Assembly: GCF_963921235.1 (NCBI RefSeq)
Contig: NC_086108.1
Span: 80,230,001-80,294,000 of the forward strand
Origin: Mobula hypostoma
Lineage: Eukaryota
Length of the DNA: 64,000 nt
Reading direction: 5' to 3'
Part shown: one piece after another, positions 12,535 to 26,633 of the stretch
Position numbering within the stretch: position 1 is the stretch's first letter
Layout of the letters: every line of letters begins with the position of its first letter
Program-made: the position numbers and the translations under genes
Notes under the pieces: model-generated
Database searches by the model: none
Told to the model about the DNA's origin: nothing
What the model saw: only the letters and a program-made list of their open reading frames with translations

Positions 12535-12975
12535 TTGGGTCCTTCTTGGTTACTAGCCTACAAAGTACCCAGAACGTCTTCAAGGAGCGGTGTCTCAGAA
12601 AGGCAGCATCCATTATTAAGGACCTCCAGCACCCAGGGCATGCCCTTTCCTCATTGTTACCATCAGTTAGGAGGTACAGAAGCCCAAAGGCTGAAGGCAC
12701 ACACTCAGCAATTCAGGAACAGCTTCTTCCCCTCTGCCATCCAATTCCTAAATGGGCATTAAACATGTGAACACTACCTTACTTTTCAAATGCATATTAT
12801 TTCTGTTTTTGCACAATTTTTAATCTATTCAATATACATATACGGTAATGTATTTACTTATTCTTATTCTTACTATTATTTCTTCTTCTATATTAGGTAT
12901 TGCATTGAACTGCTGCTGATAAGTTAACAAATTTCATGACACACGCCCGTGATAATAAACCTGAGTCTGATTCTG
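12535..12975 (+). mobile_element. Rex-Babar-type LINE 3' fragment (type B)
   Basis: VFKERCLRKAASIIKDLQHPGHALSSLLPS, with tail aataaacctgagtctgattctga. Confidence 0.8.
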
Positions 12976-13235
12976 AAGATAATCCATCTTGTGGCAAAAG
13001 CGATTTACTGGCGGAGAGGGGTCTGGAGGAAAATGTGTTGTTTATCAATACTCCTAGTAATACACAGTTGGCCTCACTGAATCCACAGATAGTAATTTGG
13101 TAGTTAACGAAGACTTAATGTGCTTCAGTCTGAAAGTGAGTTCTTAATGACTTCTTCCCCTCCGCCATCAGATTTCCGAATGGACAATGAACCCATGAAC
13201 TCTGACTCACCATTTCACTACTTCATGACATTTGT

Positions 13236-13560
13236 CAAAGTTCAAAGTAAATTTATTATCAAAGTACATATATGTCACCATATAGTACCCTGAGATTCAT
13301 TTTCTCGCAGGCATTTGCAGTAGAACAAAGAAATACAATGGAATCAATGAAAAAAATCTACACAAAAATAAAGACTGACAATGTGTGAAAGAAGAAAAAC
13401 TGCAAAAAACAAACAAATAAGTAAATAAATAAATAGCACTGAGGACATGAGTTGTAGAATGCTTGAAAGTGAGTCCATAGGTTGTGGAATTTGTTCAGTA
13501 TTGAAGTGAGTTATCCTCGCTGGGTTGAGAGCTTGTTGGCTGAAGGGCTCCTGAACAAGT
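13236..13560 (-). mobile_element. Rex-Babar type A 3' UTR fragment
   Basis: caaagttcaaagtaaatttattatcaaagtac is the reverse of the type A tail. Similar pieces at 12171-12250 and 46258-46565. Confidence 0.75.
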
Positions 13561-13639
13561 TTTGATAACTTTCTCAGTGATAATAGACCTGATTCTGATT
13601 CTGAGCTCTAAATCACGGAAACCAGAGCATAACCAGTAG

Positions 13640-13830
13640 AGCTGCTGTCTCACAGATCCAGCAACCCAGATCCAATTCTGACCTCCGGTGGTGTGTGTGT
13701 GCCGTTTGTATGTTCCCTTTGTGACCATGTGGATTGCTTCCAGGTGTTCCAATTGCTCCTCACATCCAAAGCCAATGTGTAGCAGACTCTGAGTGAAGTT
13801 GATGGGCAGTGTGGGGAGAATAGATTCCCG
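13640..13830 (+). mobile_element. HE1/V-SINE-like tRNA-derived SINE
   Basis: Core gtttgtatgttccc..gtgaccatgtggattgcttccaggtgttcc..cacatccaaag. Related copies at about 38160-38560, 53690-54540 and 56490-57220. Confidence 0.6.
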
Positions 13831-14223
13831 GGAAAATGAGCAAGGAATGCAATTTCTCTGCGAGTCCACATGGACACACAATTACCTCAAAATTACCTCT
13901 ATATATGTTGTAAGGAAATATGAAGATATAGAATGTGGTGATTCATATGGAAAGTACATTGAAAGGTATGATGATGGACAGGCATTTAAAAAAGATCACA
14001 CATGCAGCAAGTTGCTGTTTAAAAAAAAGCAAGAGGAAAAAATATTTCATCAAAAGCTGACAGAAAAAGTAAATGGTGTATTAAATCCAAGAAGGAGGTT
14101 TATGATGTTACCAGATATAACAACAACCTTGACGAATGGAAGTATTTTAGAATCTAGCACAGGAGGATCAAGAAATTGATTAAGAAAGGCAAGAAGCATA
14201 AAAACGGACTTACAAGAGTTTTA

Positions 14224-14487
14224 CACACAAAATGTTAAGAGGAATTCAGTAAATCAGACAGCATCTGTGGAGGGGAATAGCTAAGATCCTCCATCAGGAC
14301 TGGAAAAGACGGGGGAAGAAACCAGTTTGTAAAGTTGTCGGGGGGGGGGGGGAAGGGAAGGATTACAAGCTGGCAGGTGATATGTGAAATTTCAACTATT
14401 TCTCCTCCTCCATGGATGCTTCCTGACTTGCTGAATTCCTCCAGCTTTTTGTGAATGTCGCTCAAGATTTCCAGCATCGGCAGAATA
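14224..14487. mobile_element. Penelope terminal-repeat fold-back element (old)
   Basis: An inverted pLTR piece is followed by a direct pLTR piece ending tttccagcatcggcagaat. Confidence 0.65.
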
Positions 14488-15955
14488 CGTTAAAAGAAAA
14501 ATACTAGCAAAACCAATTATAATTCCCAGCATACAGTGACGGAAGAAGGTATAAAGGGGAACAAGGAAGCAGAAGATAAATTAAAAGTTATCGTGCTTTG
14601 TTCCCTTCAATGAAGACAAAAGAAAACCTACCAAGTAGGTCTATTGTCTCATGTTGGACTAGGTTCCCTCTGCTAGAAGGGATGAGCAAGTATTCTTGTA
14701 TTTGATGGAAGGGAAGGAATAAGCCAGTCTTCTTACATTTGGTGAGCTGGGAAGGCTTTGGGTAGTCATTGTGTTGGGAAATTAGGAAGGGAAATCAGTT
14801 TGTTTAAGGAGGCAGGAAAGATTTGGTCTTTTTTGTCGCATTGAGGTGGGGTGGGGATTAGGTTGATTAGTGAGAGAGAAGAGATTGGCCAAGCTTCCTT
14901 CTGTTAGGGGTGGGGGGAGGGATCGGACATCTTTTCTACATTTGTAACACAGAAGGTTTTGGCCAGTCATCTTCTGTTTTGAGAGAGAGGGGGTTGGCCA
15001 GACTTCTTGATTTTGTGGCTGGCTGGCATTCCTATATTTCCTATATTTTCTTATGATGAAGAACAATTCCATTCAGCCCATTAGGTCTATAGTGGACCTC
15101 AAAGCAATACCATTAATCCTATTCACCACATATAACCAACAATCTGATGCCCATTTCCACATCTCCCAATTCTTCTACCATTCAGCTGCAAAAGGGATAA
15201 TATGCAGCAGCCAATTCACCTAACAAGTAGTTCTTTATGTTGGAGAAGAAAAGGGAAAAGCTAATTTTCTAGTGTGGAAGCAGGAAAGAGATCAGTCTCC
15301 TTGTCTTAGCAAGCTAAGGAAATGATTACAGTCAGTCTTCTTGTATGATGGGCTGGCTTTTTTTGTGTGATGGGACGATGGGTGGGAGTTGGATGGCCAT
15401 GTGTAAGGGGGGGATGGATGTGATCAGGGAGATGATCCCATTTAATGTTGAAGGATAATCGAAGTTAGGCAGGGAGATGTTTAGTGAGCGGTGAAGGAAC
15501 CAATTGAGTTTTAATCATGGAGACCATTTTGGGGATTGGTCTGTAGCGGTTAGCTTAGGAACCAAGTCTGGTGAGCACCAATGTAGATTAAGGAGCTTTA
15601 ACTGACTCCAAAACCTTGTTACCCTCTTATTACGATTCCTTTTCTTTTGAGATATGCTATTAGTCACATTACAATTTCTGGACCTTTGATGTTGATCACA
15701 AAATCACAACATCTCTTTTCAAGGCTATAGTAGTTTAAAGTTGCCAGTGACTCAATTTTTGCTTTTTAACCCCTTCCTGAATTATAAATTCTCATTTATC
15801 TCCTCATTGCTATTTTATCCTGATCACTTGTGCTTACAGCACACCTATTGTATTTACCACACTATGTGTGATTTCTTACATTCACCACAAGCGGACTGTG
15901 AGGATTGACCTCTTGTAGAAGCTTAAGAACAAAAGCCTGAGCTAGTTGAAAGATT

Positions 15956-16189
15956 ACAAACAAGAGAAAATCTGAAAATGCTGGAAATCAAAGTAATACA
16001 CTTAAAATGTTGGAGCTACTCAGCAGGCCAGGCAGCATCTATGGAAAAGAATACTGTTGACATTCCGGGCTGAGACCCTTCATCAGGACTGGAAAAAATA
16101 CCTCTTCAGGTCTTGGCACGAAAGGTCGACTGTTTACTCTTTTCTATAAATGCTGCCTGGCTGCTGAGTTCCTCTAGCATTTTGTTGCA
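15956..16189. mobile_element. Penelope terminal-repeat fold-back element
   Basis: TSD ctagttgaaagatt / ctagttgaaggatt (15942-15955, 16190-16203). Inverted arms. Confidence 0.8.
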
Positions 16190-17756
16190 CTAGTTGAAGG
16201 ATTGTTGCATTGTGGGAATTGTTATACTTTAGATATGAAGTTAAATTAAGGAACAACATGCACTGTTTGAAGAAGAGTGGGGAAAATTAGTCCCGATGCT
16301 TGTACCAATATGTTTTTCCCTCAATTTGGACTTCAAAAAATGTATAATTTAACTTATTGTCACATTATTATTTTTGGGAGTGTGAAGTGAACAAAACAGT
16401 TGCTACATTTTCTATAACCATAACAACCACTCATTAATTAACTGAAAAATATTTTAGAATGTGAAAGATGCCGCATAAATGCCTTTTGTCTCTTAACCAG
16501 CTCTTTTCCCAAAGTCCTGTTCTCACCTTGTTTCTCCTCCCCCGGAATTATCCCAATACCATTCTTCTTCCCAATTAAACTGAGGCAGACTTGGCACATG
16601 TGTTTCATTGGAAGTTACAAGAAAAAGTTCACAGGAAGGGTTCAGAAAGAGGTTCTTATTTAAAGGAGAACAGGAAATGGATAACTGAAGTCCAGTGCAG
16701 CATATTCCCATTGGGAATAATAATGAGGTATTGAATGAAATAACTATTCATGTCACTTTATTATCGTGACTGATCTACATTCCCTCCCATGGAAAGTCAG
16801 TGTTTACAGTCCATTTATAGTAAATTAGTGCCAAAATATCTGATCTGCAGACTGCCAAATAAGTGAAGTGCAATTATGGGAAGTAGAAATTGGAAGAGAG
16901 GATTAGAAGTAAAATGTTTTGAGGCTAATTCCTTATAATGGTTCTGAAATTGTTGCCATCCTCAGAAAGACAAATGACTGAGAACAATGTAGCAATTAAA
17001 AAGAAAAGTAAAAGGGCATGTGGTGGTACAAATTATCATAAAATCAGCTACTGTCCAGTTCCTTCCCACCTGCTGATTCCCTGAGCTTTTAGCACACAGT
17101 TGTAGGGAAAGACACCAAGCCAGTATATGGTTCCGCTATTCTGTTTGCCAGGAAGATATCAACAGCCATGCTTTCTAAAGCACCTACTCATCAATTATCA
17201 GCTCACTAATGCATAAAACTGCTTTCTCCCCAAATCACTTGGCCCTAGACCTTGTTACATTTGCAGTTTAAACATGGTTAAATGAATTAAATTCCCAAGT
17301 TAAGTTATGAGTGAACACCCATGAGATTAAGATTGAACAAGGAGCAAAATATCTTGGTGAAGTTGAAGCCACTGGAAATCAGGAGAAAACATTTCATTTG
17401 TATAGTCCTACACTGAAGTTTATGACACAGAAAAGATCTATTTTACTCTTCCTGTTGAGAAAGGGACATTCAGCTTTATCCCATCTTCTAGTGTTTCATT
17501 CTGTATCACTTCAGGTTACAGGTTCAGGTTCTCTAATACACATATACACACCTCTTAAGTTTGATAATGGTTTTTGCTTCTATTGGATTTTGAGCACTTT
17601 GACAAAGGAAATAAGTACTTCTCAGCTGCATTGTCTGAGACCCCCATTGTTTTATTTAATTCCTTGTCTTTAGCCTTTCCACACTTTTCACATAGCTATT
17701 ATCCAGTCCTAGCAACATCCTCACAAGTATCCTTGACTTGCTCTCCAATGTAATCA

Positions 17757-18250
17757 AGTTCAAGTTTAATTGTCATTAATTGTCAACCAAACACATGCAT
17801 ACAGTTGATTGAAGCATTGTTCCTCTGGGGCCAAGGTGCAAAACACAGTACATACTGTCACTCCCAGCATATATAGTTACAATAGGACATACAAACACAA
17901 AATAATATTAGCAGAAGTCCCTGATTGATGGTGCATGGAAATTGTCCTGAAGCCAAGTTTCTGCGAGAACAAGCACACAGCAGTTTCTCATCTTGTGCTG
18001 AGTCAGCCGCAGGCGAAGGCAATCCAGCTTGTCTTCCAGGGAGCAAACATTGGAGAGCAGCTCCAATGGGATACCAGCTGGCAGGGGCAGGCCCTAACCC
18101 AGCTGATTCTAGCACAGCCGCAACACCCCTATTCTCTCTGTCACTGCCTATTGTACTGGCTATTTATTTATTGTAGCATACTAACCAGAACTAAACATTG
18201 TATTCATACTGTAGTCTTCGTCGTGTTGTGGCTGTTGCAGAATAAACACA
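17757..18250 (-). mobile_element. Non-autonomous retro-element with (CTTGAA)n 3' tail
   Basis: caagttcaagtttaattgtcatt start is shared with 18603-18655 plus 19036-19730. Confidence 0.5.
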
Positions 18251-18655
18251 CCGCTGCTCGATTCTGTGCCTAGACTAATAAAGTTTTTCTTTTTCAACCT
18301 TCTTACTAATCCATCCTGCCATTTTTAAGAACCTATTATCATGGACTTCTCAATAGACTACATCAAATATACTGCTCTCATCAATCCTCCTGTGGACTCC
18401 TTATAACAAGTTAATCAGTTACAGATTCCCTTTAACAAACTTACGCTAATTGCTCTTGAGTAATTTGTGCCTTTCTAAAAATGCATATACTGTTCCTCAA
18501 AATTGATTTCCATAACTTGTCCATGAGTGAAATTAAAATAACTAGCCTATAATTGATATATGTAACTCTTACTCCTTTTAGAAACATGAGAAAATGAGTA
18601 GAAGTTCAAGTTCAAGTTTAAATGCCATTCAACCATACACGAATACCAATGAATA

Positions 18656-19035
18656 TGGGGGGGGGGGAGTCGACTGAGGCCATGAGAGGCCTACATCAGG
18701 CATTTTCATGCCTTACAAAGCGCAGATTGGAAGTCTGTGTGGGGCGCCACTCCTTGCACAGACTAGAGCAATGTGTGATTAAGTGCCTTGCTCAAGGGCA
18801 CAAACACACTGCCACAGCTGAGGCTCAAACTAGCGACCTTGAGATAACTAGACGAACACGTTAACCACCTGGCCACGTGCCCAACTTAGCTGCTCGATTC
18901 TGTGCCTTGACTAATAAAGTTTTTCTTTTTCAACCTTCTTACTAATCCATCCTGCCATTTTTAAGAACCACAAGAACTAGCGACCTTGAGGTAACTAGAC
19001 GAACACCTTAACCACTTGGCCACGTGGCCACGTGC
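18656..19035 (-). mobile_element. tRNA-derived SINE with duplicated head and captured local DNA
   Basis: 10-bp TSD ccaatgaata (18646-18655, 19036-19045). Minus strand shows A-box-like tggccaagtgg, B-box-like gtttgagcc, and body gcccttgagcaaggcactt. Confidence 0.7.
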
Positions 19036-19819
19036 CCAATGAATACAGCCAGACAAAACAGTGTTACTCTGAGGCTAAGGTGTAGAACACAGCACAAAGC
19101 ACATGTAAGATAGCAAGCATATACAAGGTAACAGTAAAGTACACAAAAAATATAATCCAAATCCCTGAGTCCATAAATATTGCAGCAGACTACAAGCACA
19201 ATACAGCTTGTCTTCTGCTGGGTGAACACTGAGGGGCAGCACTGACTCCAGCATTTTGCTGGAGTGCCTAACTCAAACACTTCCACTGGGTGGCTGCAAA
19301 CAGGTGACACTGCGGCTTAAGGCCTAGTCCCCGCTATGACTGCGGCCACACTGCTTGCCCACTGTTCACCCACTGTTCACCAGTGAACTCAAGTTGCATC
19401 ACCAACGTCCAACAGAGTCTTGCAGTCATGAGGAAAGTGACTGACAATCACTCACTGTTAGACTGCACACCTCCTGTGCACACCCACTCAGGTGTCTCTC
19501 TGATGCAGGCAGCAGCATGATCCACACCAAGTCCAACTCCTTCAGTTTCTCCACTTTTAAGCAACTTGTTGATGGGGTAGATCTGCAGTACTTTAAGTTC
19601 TTAATGTCCAGCAGAGTCTTGCAATCATAAACAAAATTTAAAAAGAAATTAATATGTTTGGTTGACCGCATAGAAGCTGTGGTGTCCAAATGCTGCATTA
19701 TTTTACCAGAATGTTTGCAGTCCTCCAAATCTTAGCCATCATTCCTGTGCCAACGGCCCACTATGGTGCTTATCATTGTTCAACAAATTCAGTTTAAACC
19801 ATACAACATGTTGAAGAAC

Positions 19820-20250
19820 ATATGGAGTCCATTATAGGAAAAGCCCTCCCCACCATTGAAGATATCTACAAGGAGCAATGCTACAAGAAAGCAGCATCCA
19901 GCATCAAGGCCCCCAAGATCCAGAGCATGCTCTCTTCACACTGCTGCCACCAGGAAGAGGGTACGAGAGTCTCATACCTCCAGTTACAGGAACGGTTATT
20001 ACCCTTCAACCATCAGGTTCCTGAACTAGTGTAGTTAACTTCACTCGCAACTGTAATCTGATTCCACAACCTAGTGACTCATTTTTAATGACTCTACACT
20101 CATGTTCTCAGTATTATTTAATTATTTGTTTGTTTGTTATTACTAAATTTTATTTGCACGGGTTGTCTTCTTTTGCACATTGTTTGTCAGTCTATATGTA
20201 GTTTTTCATTGATTTTATTGTATTTATTTATTTTACTGTGAACGCCCATT
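19820..20250 (+). mobile_element. Rex-Babar type A 3' fragment
   Basis: SIIGKALPTIEDIYKEQCYKKAASSIK. Confidence 0.75.
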
Positions 20251-21258
20251 GTGATTTATACACACATAGGCATATCTAACTAGGCCAAACACTGTCTTAA
20301 TGGCATTCTCAAACCACCACTAAAGTGATGCAAAGATAATGAGGGGATTTTTATTCCTCATAAAGTAATCACAACAGTCTTTCAATTTCACCTTGATTCA
20401 GGACTGGGTGAAAGAGCTGAAAGCAGAGGAGAAATGGAAGTAATTACCCACAACCTGAAAATAACATTAGATGATATATTGCAACAGAAAATCTTCAAAC
20501 TGATATCTGTGTTGACTGGAAAACATATCAATAGTTGAAATTATGCTTATTGCAAAGAAAAACTGTTGCAATTATCCATGTTCTTCAAAAAAACTCTATT
20601 ATCATTTAATAGATTCCTTTGAGAAGATCCATTGACTAAGCCATTTCCAGCTGTTTCATCAATGATCCAATCTTCATTATAAAGTGTTCACCTTTATTTA
20701 CAATTCATCCATTAATTAGAAAAAGCTGATAGTAATTTAAAGCAAGACTTAAATAATATCCAGCCTTAGATTGGCAAGACATGGAAAATGTTCTTGCCAT
20801 GTGAGTCTAGGTAATGGTCTTCTTGACAAAGAGAAACACTAGGCTTCTCCCCTTAACCTTTAATGACCTCACTATTGCAAGGTCTCATATCAAAATCTTG
20901 GGGTCATAATTTATCAGAAGCTTAACACTAAAGTGTTGTTTCTACATCATTTAGTATTAATGATATGCACTATATCATCTCATGTCTAAACATTAATATC
21001 CTTAGAAAACAATTAAATCCAGAAATACGTATTTTACTGAAAAAATCAATGTATTTATACAAAGTGAACAGTTATTCTTCATTAAACAAATTATAAATTT
21101 GTAACATTGTAATAAGACCTGTAATGTAAAAAATGTCTACTGCTGGAATGTGTACTTTTCAGTCTGAAGGTGCCGGAAAAAAAAGGCATGTTTTTTTTGT
21201 TAGCCTAACAAAGTACAGTAACCTTCTATTATTTCACATTTCTGTACATACATACATA

Positions 21259-21780
21259 CAGTGGTCACTTTATTAGGTAGACCTATACACACACACTTTA
21301 ATGCAAATATCTAATCAGCCAATCATGTGGCAGCAACTCAATGCATAAAAGTATGCAGACGTGGTCAAGAAGTTCAGTTGTTGTTCAGACAAAACATCAG
21401 AATGGGGGAAAGAAATGCGATCTAAATAACCTTGAACGTGGAATGATCGTTGAGGTGGTTTGAGTATCTCGGAAACTGCTGGTCCTCTGGGATTTTCACA
21501 CACAGCAGTCTCTAGAGTTTACAGAGAATGGAGTGAAAAACAAAAAACATCCAGTGAGTGGCAGTTCCGCAGGCAGAGCAACTCGTTAATGAGGGAGGTC
21601 AGAGTGGCCAGACTGGTTCAAGCTGACAGAAAGGCAACAGTAACCCAATTATCCACACATTACAACAGTGGTATGCAGAAGAGCATCTCTGAACACACGA
21701 CATGTTGATTCGTGAAGTAGTTGGGCTACAGCAGCAGAAGACCACAAACAGAAGGTACCTGATAAAGTGGCCAATAAGTG
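21259..21780 (+). mobile_element. Tc1/mariner-derived element with transposase N-terminal remnant
   Basis: TIR-like cagtggtcactttattagg / cctgataaagtggcc. HTH-like SISETAGPLGFSHTAVSRVYREW..ARLVQADRKATVTQL. TA flanks. Confidence 0.8.
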
Positions 21781-22589
21781 TATACTGTTAAAATAATGAA
21801 GGTTCTTTTGGCTCAAACACAGCTTCTACAGCAATGAACCATACTGTTCATTAAACACTGCTGCTACAAATAGGACAGAGAGGTTCTCAGCACATGTGCA
21901 GGTTGATGTGATAATGATTAAGTGCAGAATGGCAAAGGACAAATAGATTTTAACAAATATTGTTGCACCCTGTATTAAATAAACACCATTTTTAAATTTA
22001 GTCCATTATTTTCCACAAAGTTTGAGCCATAGATAATTTGATGCATCCACCAATATTAATAGCATTTAAAATTATCTGACTTGTTTAAAAAACACAAAAA
22101 TAAAATGGGTGATTTTTAGAAATTCCTTTATAATCAAAGAGCAATAATCCAAGACAGGTAGTGTGCTGCAGTATGTTTTTCCTCTGGGGTTCTAGCCCCA
22201 TTAATGGTAATTCGCAAAGGCTTTATCAACAAAATCATAAGAATGCACTATTGTTAATGAGATTTTGATGTTATCAGAACAGTTTTCAAAAAGGAAATGA
22301 AAATTTTCCATTCATTAAAGTGAGGGGTGGCAGCACAGTTGTTGTGTTTGCAGGGTATAACTCATTTTCATGAGATATTTATCTATGTAAGGTTCCCTTT
22401 AACTCTAATATTTGTTGTGGTCTGGTCCACCCTCAAGCTCAACTCAGAATTCTCCCTCAAGCATTCAGATCATTCCTGTTTCTACACCAGCATTCTATTG
22501 CTTTATAAAAATGAGACTAATGTAATGGGTATCTTGTTTAACATACTGTAAATCCATATTTACCTAGAATTGGACTGAAATGATCCAAA

Positions 22590-22630
22590 ACACAAGAGAT
22601 TCTGCAGATGCTGAGAATCCAGAGTAACAC

Positions 22631-22679
<49 letters not shown>

Positions 22680-23285
22680 AAGAACTCAGCAGGTCAGGCA
22701 GCATCAACAAAGAGGAATAAACATTCAACATTTTGGACCAAGATTCTTCATCAAAACTGGAAAGAAATGGGGAAGAAGCCAGAATAAGAAGGTGGATTTG
22801 GGGTGGGGGGGGTGATAGGTAAAACCAAGTGAGTGAAAAGGTGAGTGGATGGGGGAGGGGTGGGTGAAGTGAGAAGCTGGCGGGTGGAAAAGGTAAAGGC
22901 TGAAGAAGAAATCTGAGAGTGAGGAGAGTGGACCGTGGGAGAAATGGAGGGAGGACGGGCAGCGAGGAAGGTGATAGGCAGGAGAACCAGAACGGGAGTG
23001 CAAAAAGACAGAAGGGGGAGGAGGGAGAAATTACTGGAGAATAGAGAAATCAATGTTTATGCTGTCAGCTTGGAGGCTACGCAGATGGAATATGATGCAT
23101 TACTCCTCCAACCTGAAAAGGGCCTCATCATGGCAGTAGAGGAGTCCATGGTCTGGCATATCAGAATGGGAATGTGTAGTAGAATTAAAATGAGTGGCCA
23201 CAGGGGGATACCACATTTTGTGGCTGGTGGAGCAAAGATGTAGCTTCCTCCAGCTTTTGTGTGTTTTACTCTGAAACTATCCAAC
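22590..23285 (-). mobile_element. Penelope 3' fragment (pLTR plus end of endonuclease), containing (CA)n at about 22634-22676
   Basis: Reverse-complement homology to 29130-29760, with a short inverted piece at about 23245-23270. Confidence 0.75.
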
Positions 23286-23934
23286 GCTCTTCTTTTGCAA
23301 ACATGGGAGAGGAGAGATTTTTCATTATTTCACATGATGCAGCATACTTATTTTCTATAAGGTTTTACAACAAAATAGGAGCATGTACGTTTTCTTATAT
23401 GATTTTGCAATTTCCTCTCGAAAAATTGAGGGGATGAGATCCCCTTACTCCATTCTGAACTATAATTATAACACCAGAGCACTGGCATTCCCAAATGCTC
23501 TCTCTTTCAGGGAAAGTACATTTGCCATAAGGGAAATTTGTAAAGAAAAATTAGGAAACTAAATAAATATCAGAGAGATACTAGTTTCATGAAGATTGTT
23601 AAAGAAGGTCCAGGTTCATGAAAATTGATTAGCAAATTCTGACTGCAAACATGATGAGACTTGTAAGATGCATGAGAGAATACTGTGATGAAAATATTAC
23701 ATCCTTCTTGGCTTGGATCCCTATCCACATGAAAGTAAATTAGGGAATCACCTTGAAATGAAGCAAATGCTACTTTCAATGTACCAATGAGTGGAGGCAG
23801 AACGGTAGGTGAGTGGGAATCAAAATGATCGGATCCAACTCGTACAGAAACCAAAATTTAAAGTTTTTGACAATGATCAATGGAAGAATAATTTTTTGTA
23901 TCAATGAGGGCACTGATGCATTCATCACTATTAA

Positions 23935-24250
23935 GTTCAGAATCAGAATCAGCTTTAATATCACCAGAATATTTCATAAAATTTGTTGTCTTTGCAGCAG
24001 TAGTATAATGCAATACATAATAATAGAGAAAAAACCTGTGAATTACAGTAAGTACGTTTTATATATATATAGTACATTAAATGAGTAGTGCAAAAAGTAA
24101 TGAGGTAGTGTTCATGGGTTCAATGTCCATTCAGAAATCGGATGGCAGAGGGAAGAAGCTGTTCCTGAATCGTTGAGTGTGCACCTTCGCGCTTCTGTAC
24201 CTCCTTCCTGATGGTAGCCTTGAGAACAGGGCACGTCCTGGGTGATGGGA
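23935..24250 (-). mobile_element. Rex-Babar type B 3' fragment
   Basis: ttcagaatcagaatcag tail, homologous to 5628-5930. Confidence 0.75.
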
Positions 24251-26633
24251 GTTTATGCTAGTACTGCATTTTAATTTTGGAATTATCATTCAAATTTATT
24301 TGCATTATGTTATAAAACTTATGGCACATATAAGGCAATAATACATAATTTCAGTAGGAGTTAGTGCTAAGCAAAATGGTTTCTTATACTCTGAGAGCCT
24401 GTGCCTTTAATGAATGATACTTGAACAACACATATTTGGGTAATCAATGACATGAGTTACTATGCTAATCAGCATAATCATTTACATGTTTTAGATACTG
24501 TCTGGGAAGAAACTTAGCAAAGCTTGGCCTGTGACCTTCTAAACACCTGGGTCTGTTTAAAGTGACAGAGAAAAATTAGAAACATGTAAAACTGTTACTT
24601 GGGAAATTCTCAATTGGTGATTAAGTAGTCTACATCCGTTGCCTACAGCCATTTTGCCACCCACAACTACTCACTTGTACTATCTCTAGGGCAGACGAGT
24701 AGCAATTGCACCAGAACAATTGACTATGGAGTGTGAAGGGACCAGCTGAGACCAATAGCCAGCATTGATTCAGTAAGCTATTTTTGGTTCTGATTGGTAA
24801 GTTTGCTATTTAAATAGACAAGAATGAATAACATGTAGTTTTGTGGATTTTTAATGGAATAATGTGGTTAAAAAGTTTCAAGGAATGTCATCGAACTCTG
24901 TAACTAAACTACAAGACAGGTGATAGCTTCATCATGGAGTTATCTTTCAAGGGGCACCTTAAGGCCCTCTGTTGATAGGGGTCAACCATGGATATTGCAT
25001 CCTACCAGTCTAAACGATACACAAGCCAGGTCAGTGTGATCCGGAGGACAAACTGTTGCCCATGCAGCAGGACCCCCATCTCCATGCAGCTGAAGAATCC
25101 AAAGGAAAAGCAGAGACCAATATAGTTTGGTAACAGCGGTGTCACAGGAGTTGCCAGTCGGCATTGAACTCAACATAGGACTGCCTTAGGTACTCAAGCT
25201 CTGTATTTTTCCTTGGTGTTTACTCCCAAAGCCACCCCCATACATGGGTACAGCTGCAGGGCAGCAGAGGTTTGAGTTCTGGGATTTCTTTCTCCTAGTT
25301 GAGTTGCCAGCTATAACCAATGAGCCCCATCTTCCCAAAGTGACTGATTTTAAGGCGCCAGTATTTCGCTTTTGCCCCTGTTTCTGTCAGTGGAAACAGT
25401 TCATCTGGGCTTGGTAGCTAAGCCATTCACGGATGCCAGGATCTGGACTTGGTTCTCAGCAGCTATTTGAGACACGTGCCTTTGGGAGTATTTAATTGAA
25501 GCTTATCCCCACTACCAAACCCCCCCCACCCCCAGCGATGACAACTTTAAGGAGCCAAGGAGCATCTTAATGTTGGAGAAAAAGAGGTTAAGCAACACCT
25601 AAGGAGAAAGTTCCATTGGTAATGCTCAAGGCAACAATAAGATAGAAAACAGTGCCAAAGGTATTAAAATAGTGTATGTGCACCAGTCCAAGTGAAGGAG
25701 CTGAGGATCACAGGACTGGAAAAATTTAAAAAGATAAGGAAGGTGACACAATGGTGTGACATGAAAACCATATAGAAGAATTTTAAGGTTGAGGTGCTGC
25801 CGAAGTAGATTAGTGACCATAGGAATGGTATGTGAACAGTGTTTTCTCTGAGACAGAATGCAGTAGGCTTCAGAGTTTGGAGTTCCAAAGACTGTGGAGG
25901 TTGTTGGCCAGAAAGGTATTGCAATTGTTAATGTACAGGTAACAAATACTAGGTGAGAAATGGAGAGCAAGGAGTGGAGTTCTGTATCCAAGATACTTCC
26001 AGAATCATGATGTGGAAGATGACAGCAGGACCCAACAGGACTTTTACACCCTAAACAGATCTGGCAATGAATTGAAATACAAATGGTCAATCTCTCAATC
26101 TACATTGTTTGAATAAAAGAGACTGAAAATGATGGCAATAACAAGGTAACCAAACAAAGATGTCAGTGATGGAGGAAGCAAGGGTGTGATTCAATGGCTT
26201 TGAGAATACTGAAGAATCATTGTGAATGAAGGTTATAGGTTAATCTGTTGGTCATTTTAAGTGCCAATTTTGGATGAGCAGATGGTAAACCAAATTGATT
26301 GGGACAAATTACCAGCTCCAAGATCATCTGCCTCTTCCCATCAAGTTCTAACTGTGGTCTTCCATGGTGGCCCCAATTCCAAGTATATGAGCAAGATGTA
26401 GAGTAAGGTAATACATTTCGTAATGCAAATAATTGACTACAGTGACAAGACTAACACTGAAAGCAATAAGACACTGAAATCTTTCCCCCCACCCCCACAC
26501 ACCCCAACTCCCAACCCAGCTCACTGGCTGTCGCACCTGCCATTCAAATTGTAAATCAGAATGCCAGAAATTTTAAAAAATGTTAAAGTAATATTATTTT
26601 TTAAAATACTGTTAAGAGGGTAAAACCAAGCAT

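Noticed and set aside
16527..16711. Minus-strand ORF containing WEEEW, considered as the HECTD3 C-terminus
   Set aside because: It lacks the CVAIDTDMSP context and continues past WEE. The resemblance is coincidental.
18780..19039. tRNA gene
   Set aside because: A- and B-box-like motifs run into a SINE body within a TSD, and no convincing cloverleaf is present.
23570..23854. 94-aa minus ORF with slight resemblance to the HECTD3 SRDP region
   Set aside because: Similarity is too weak and the splice sites do not fit.
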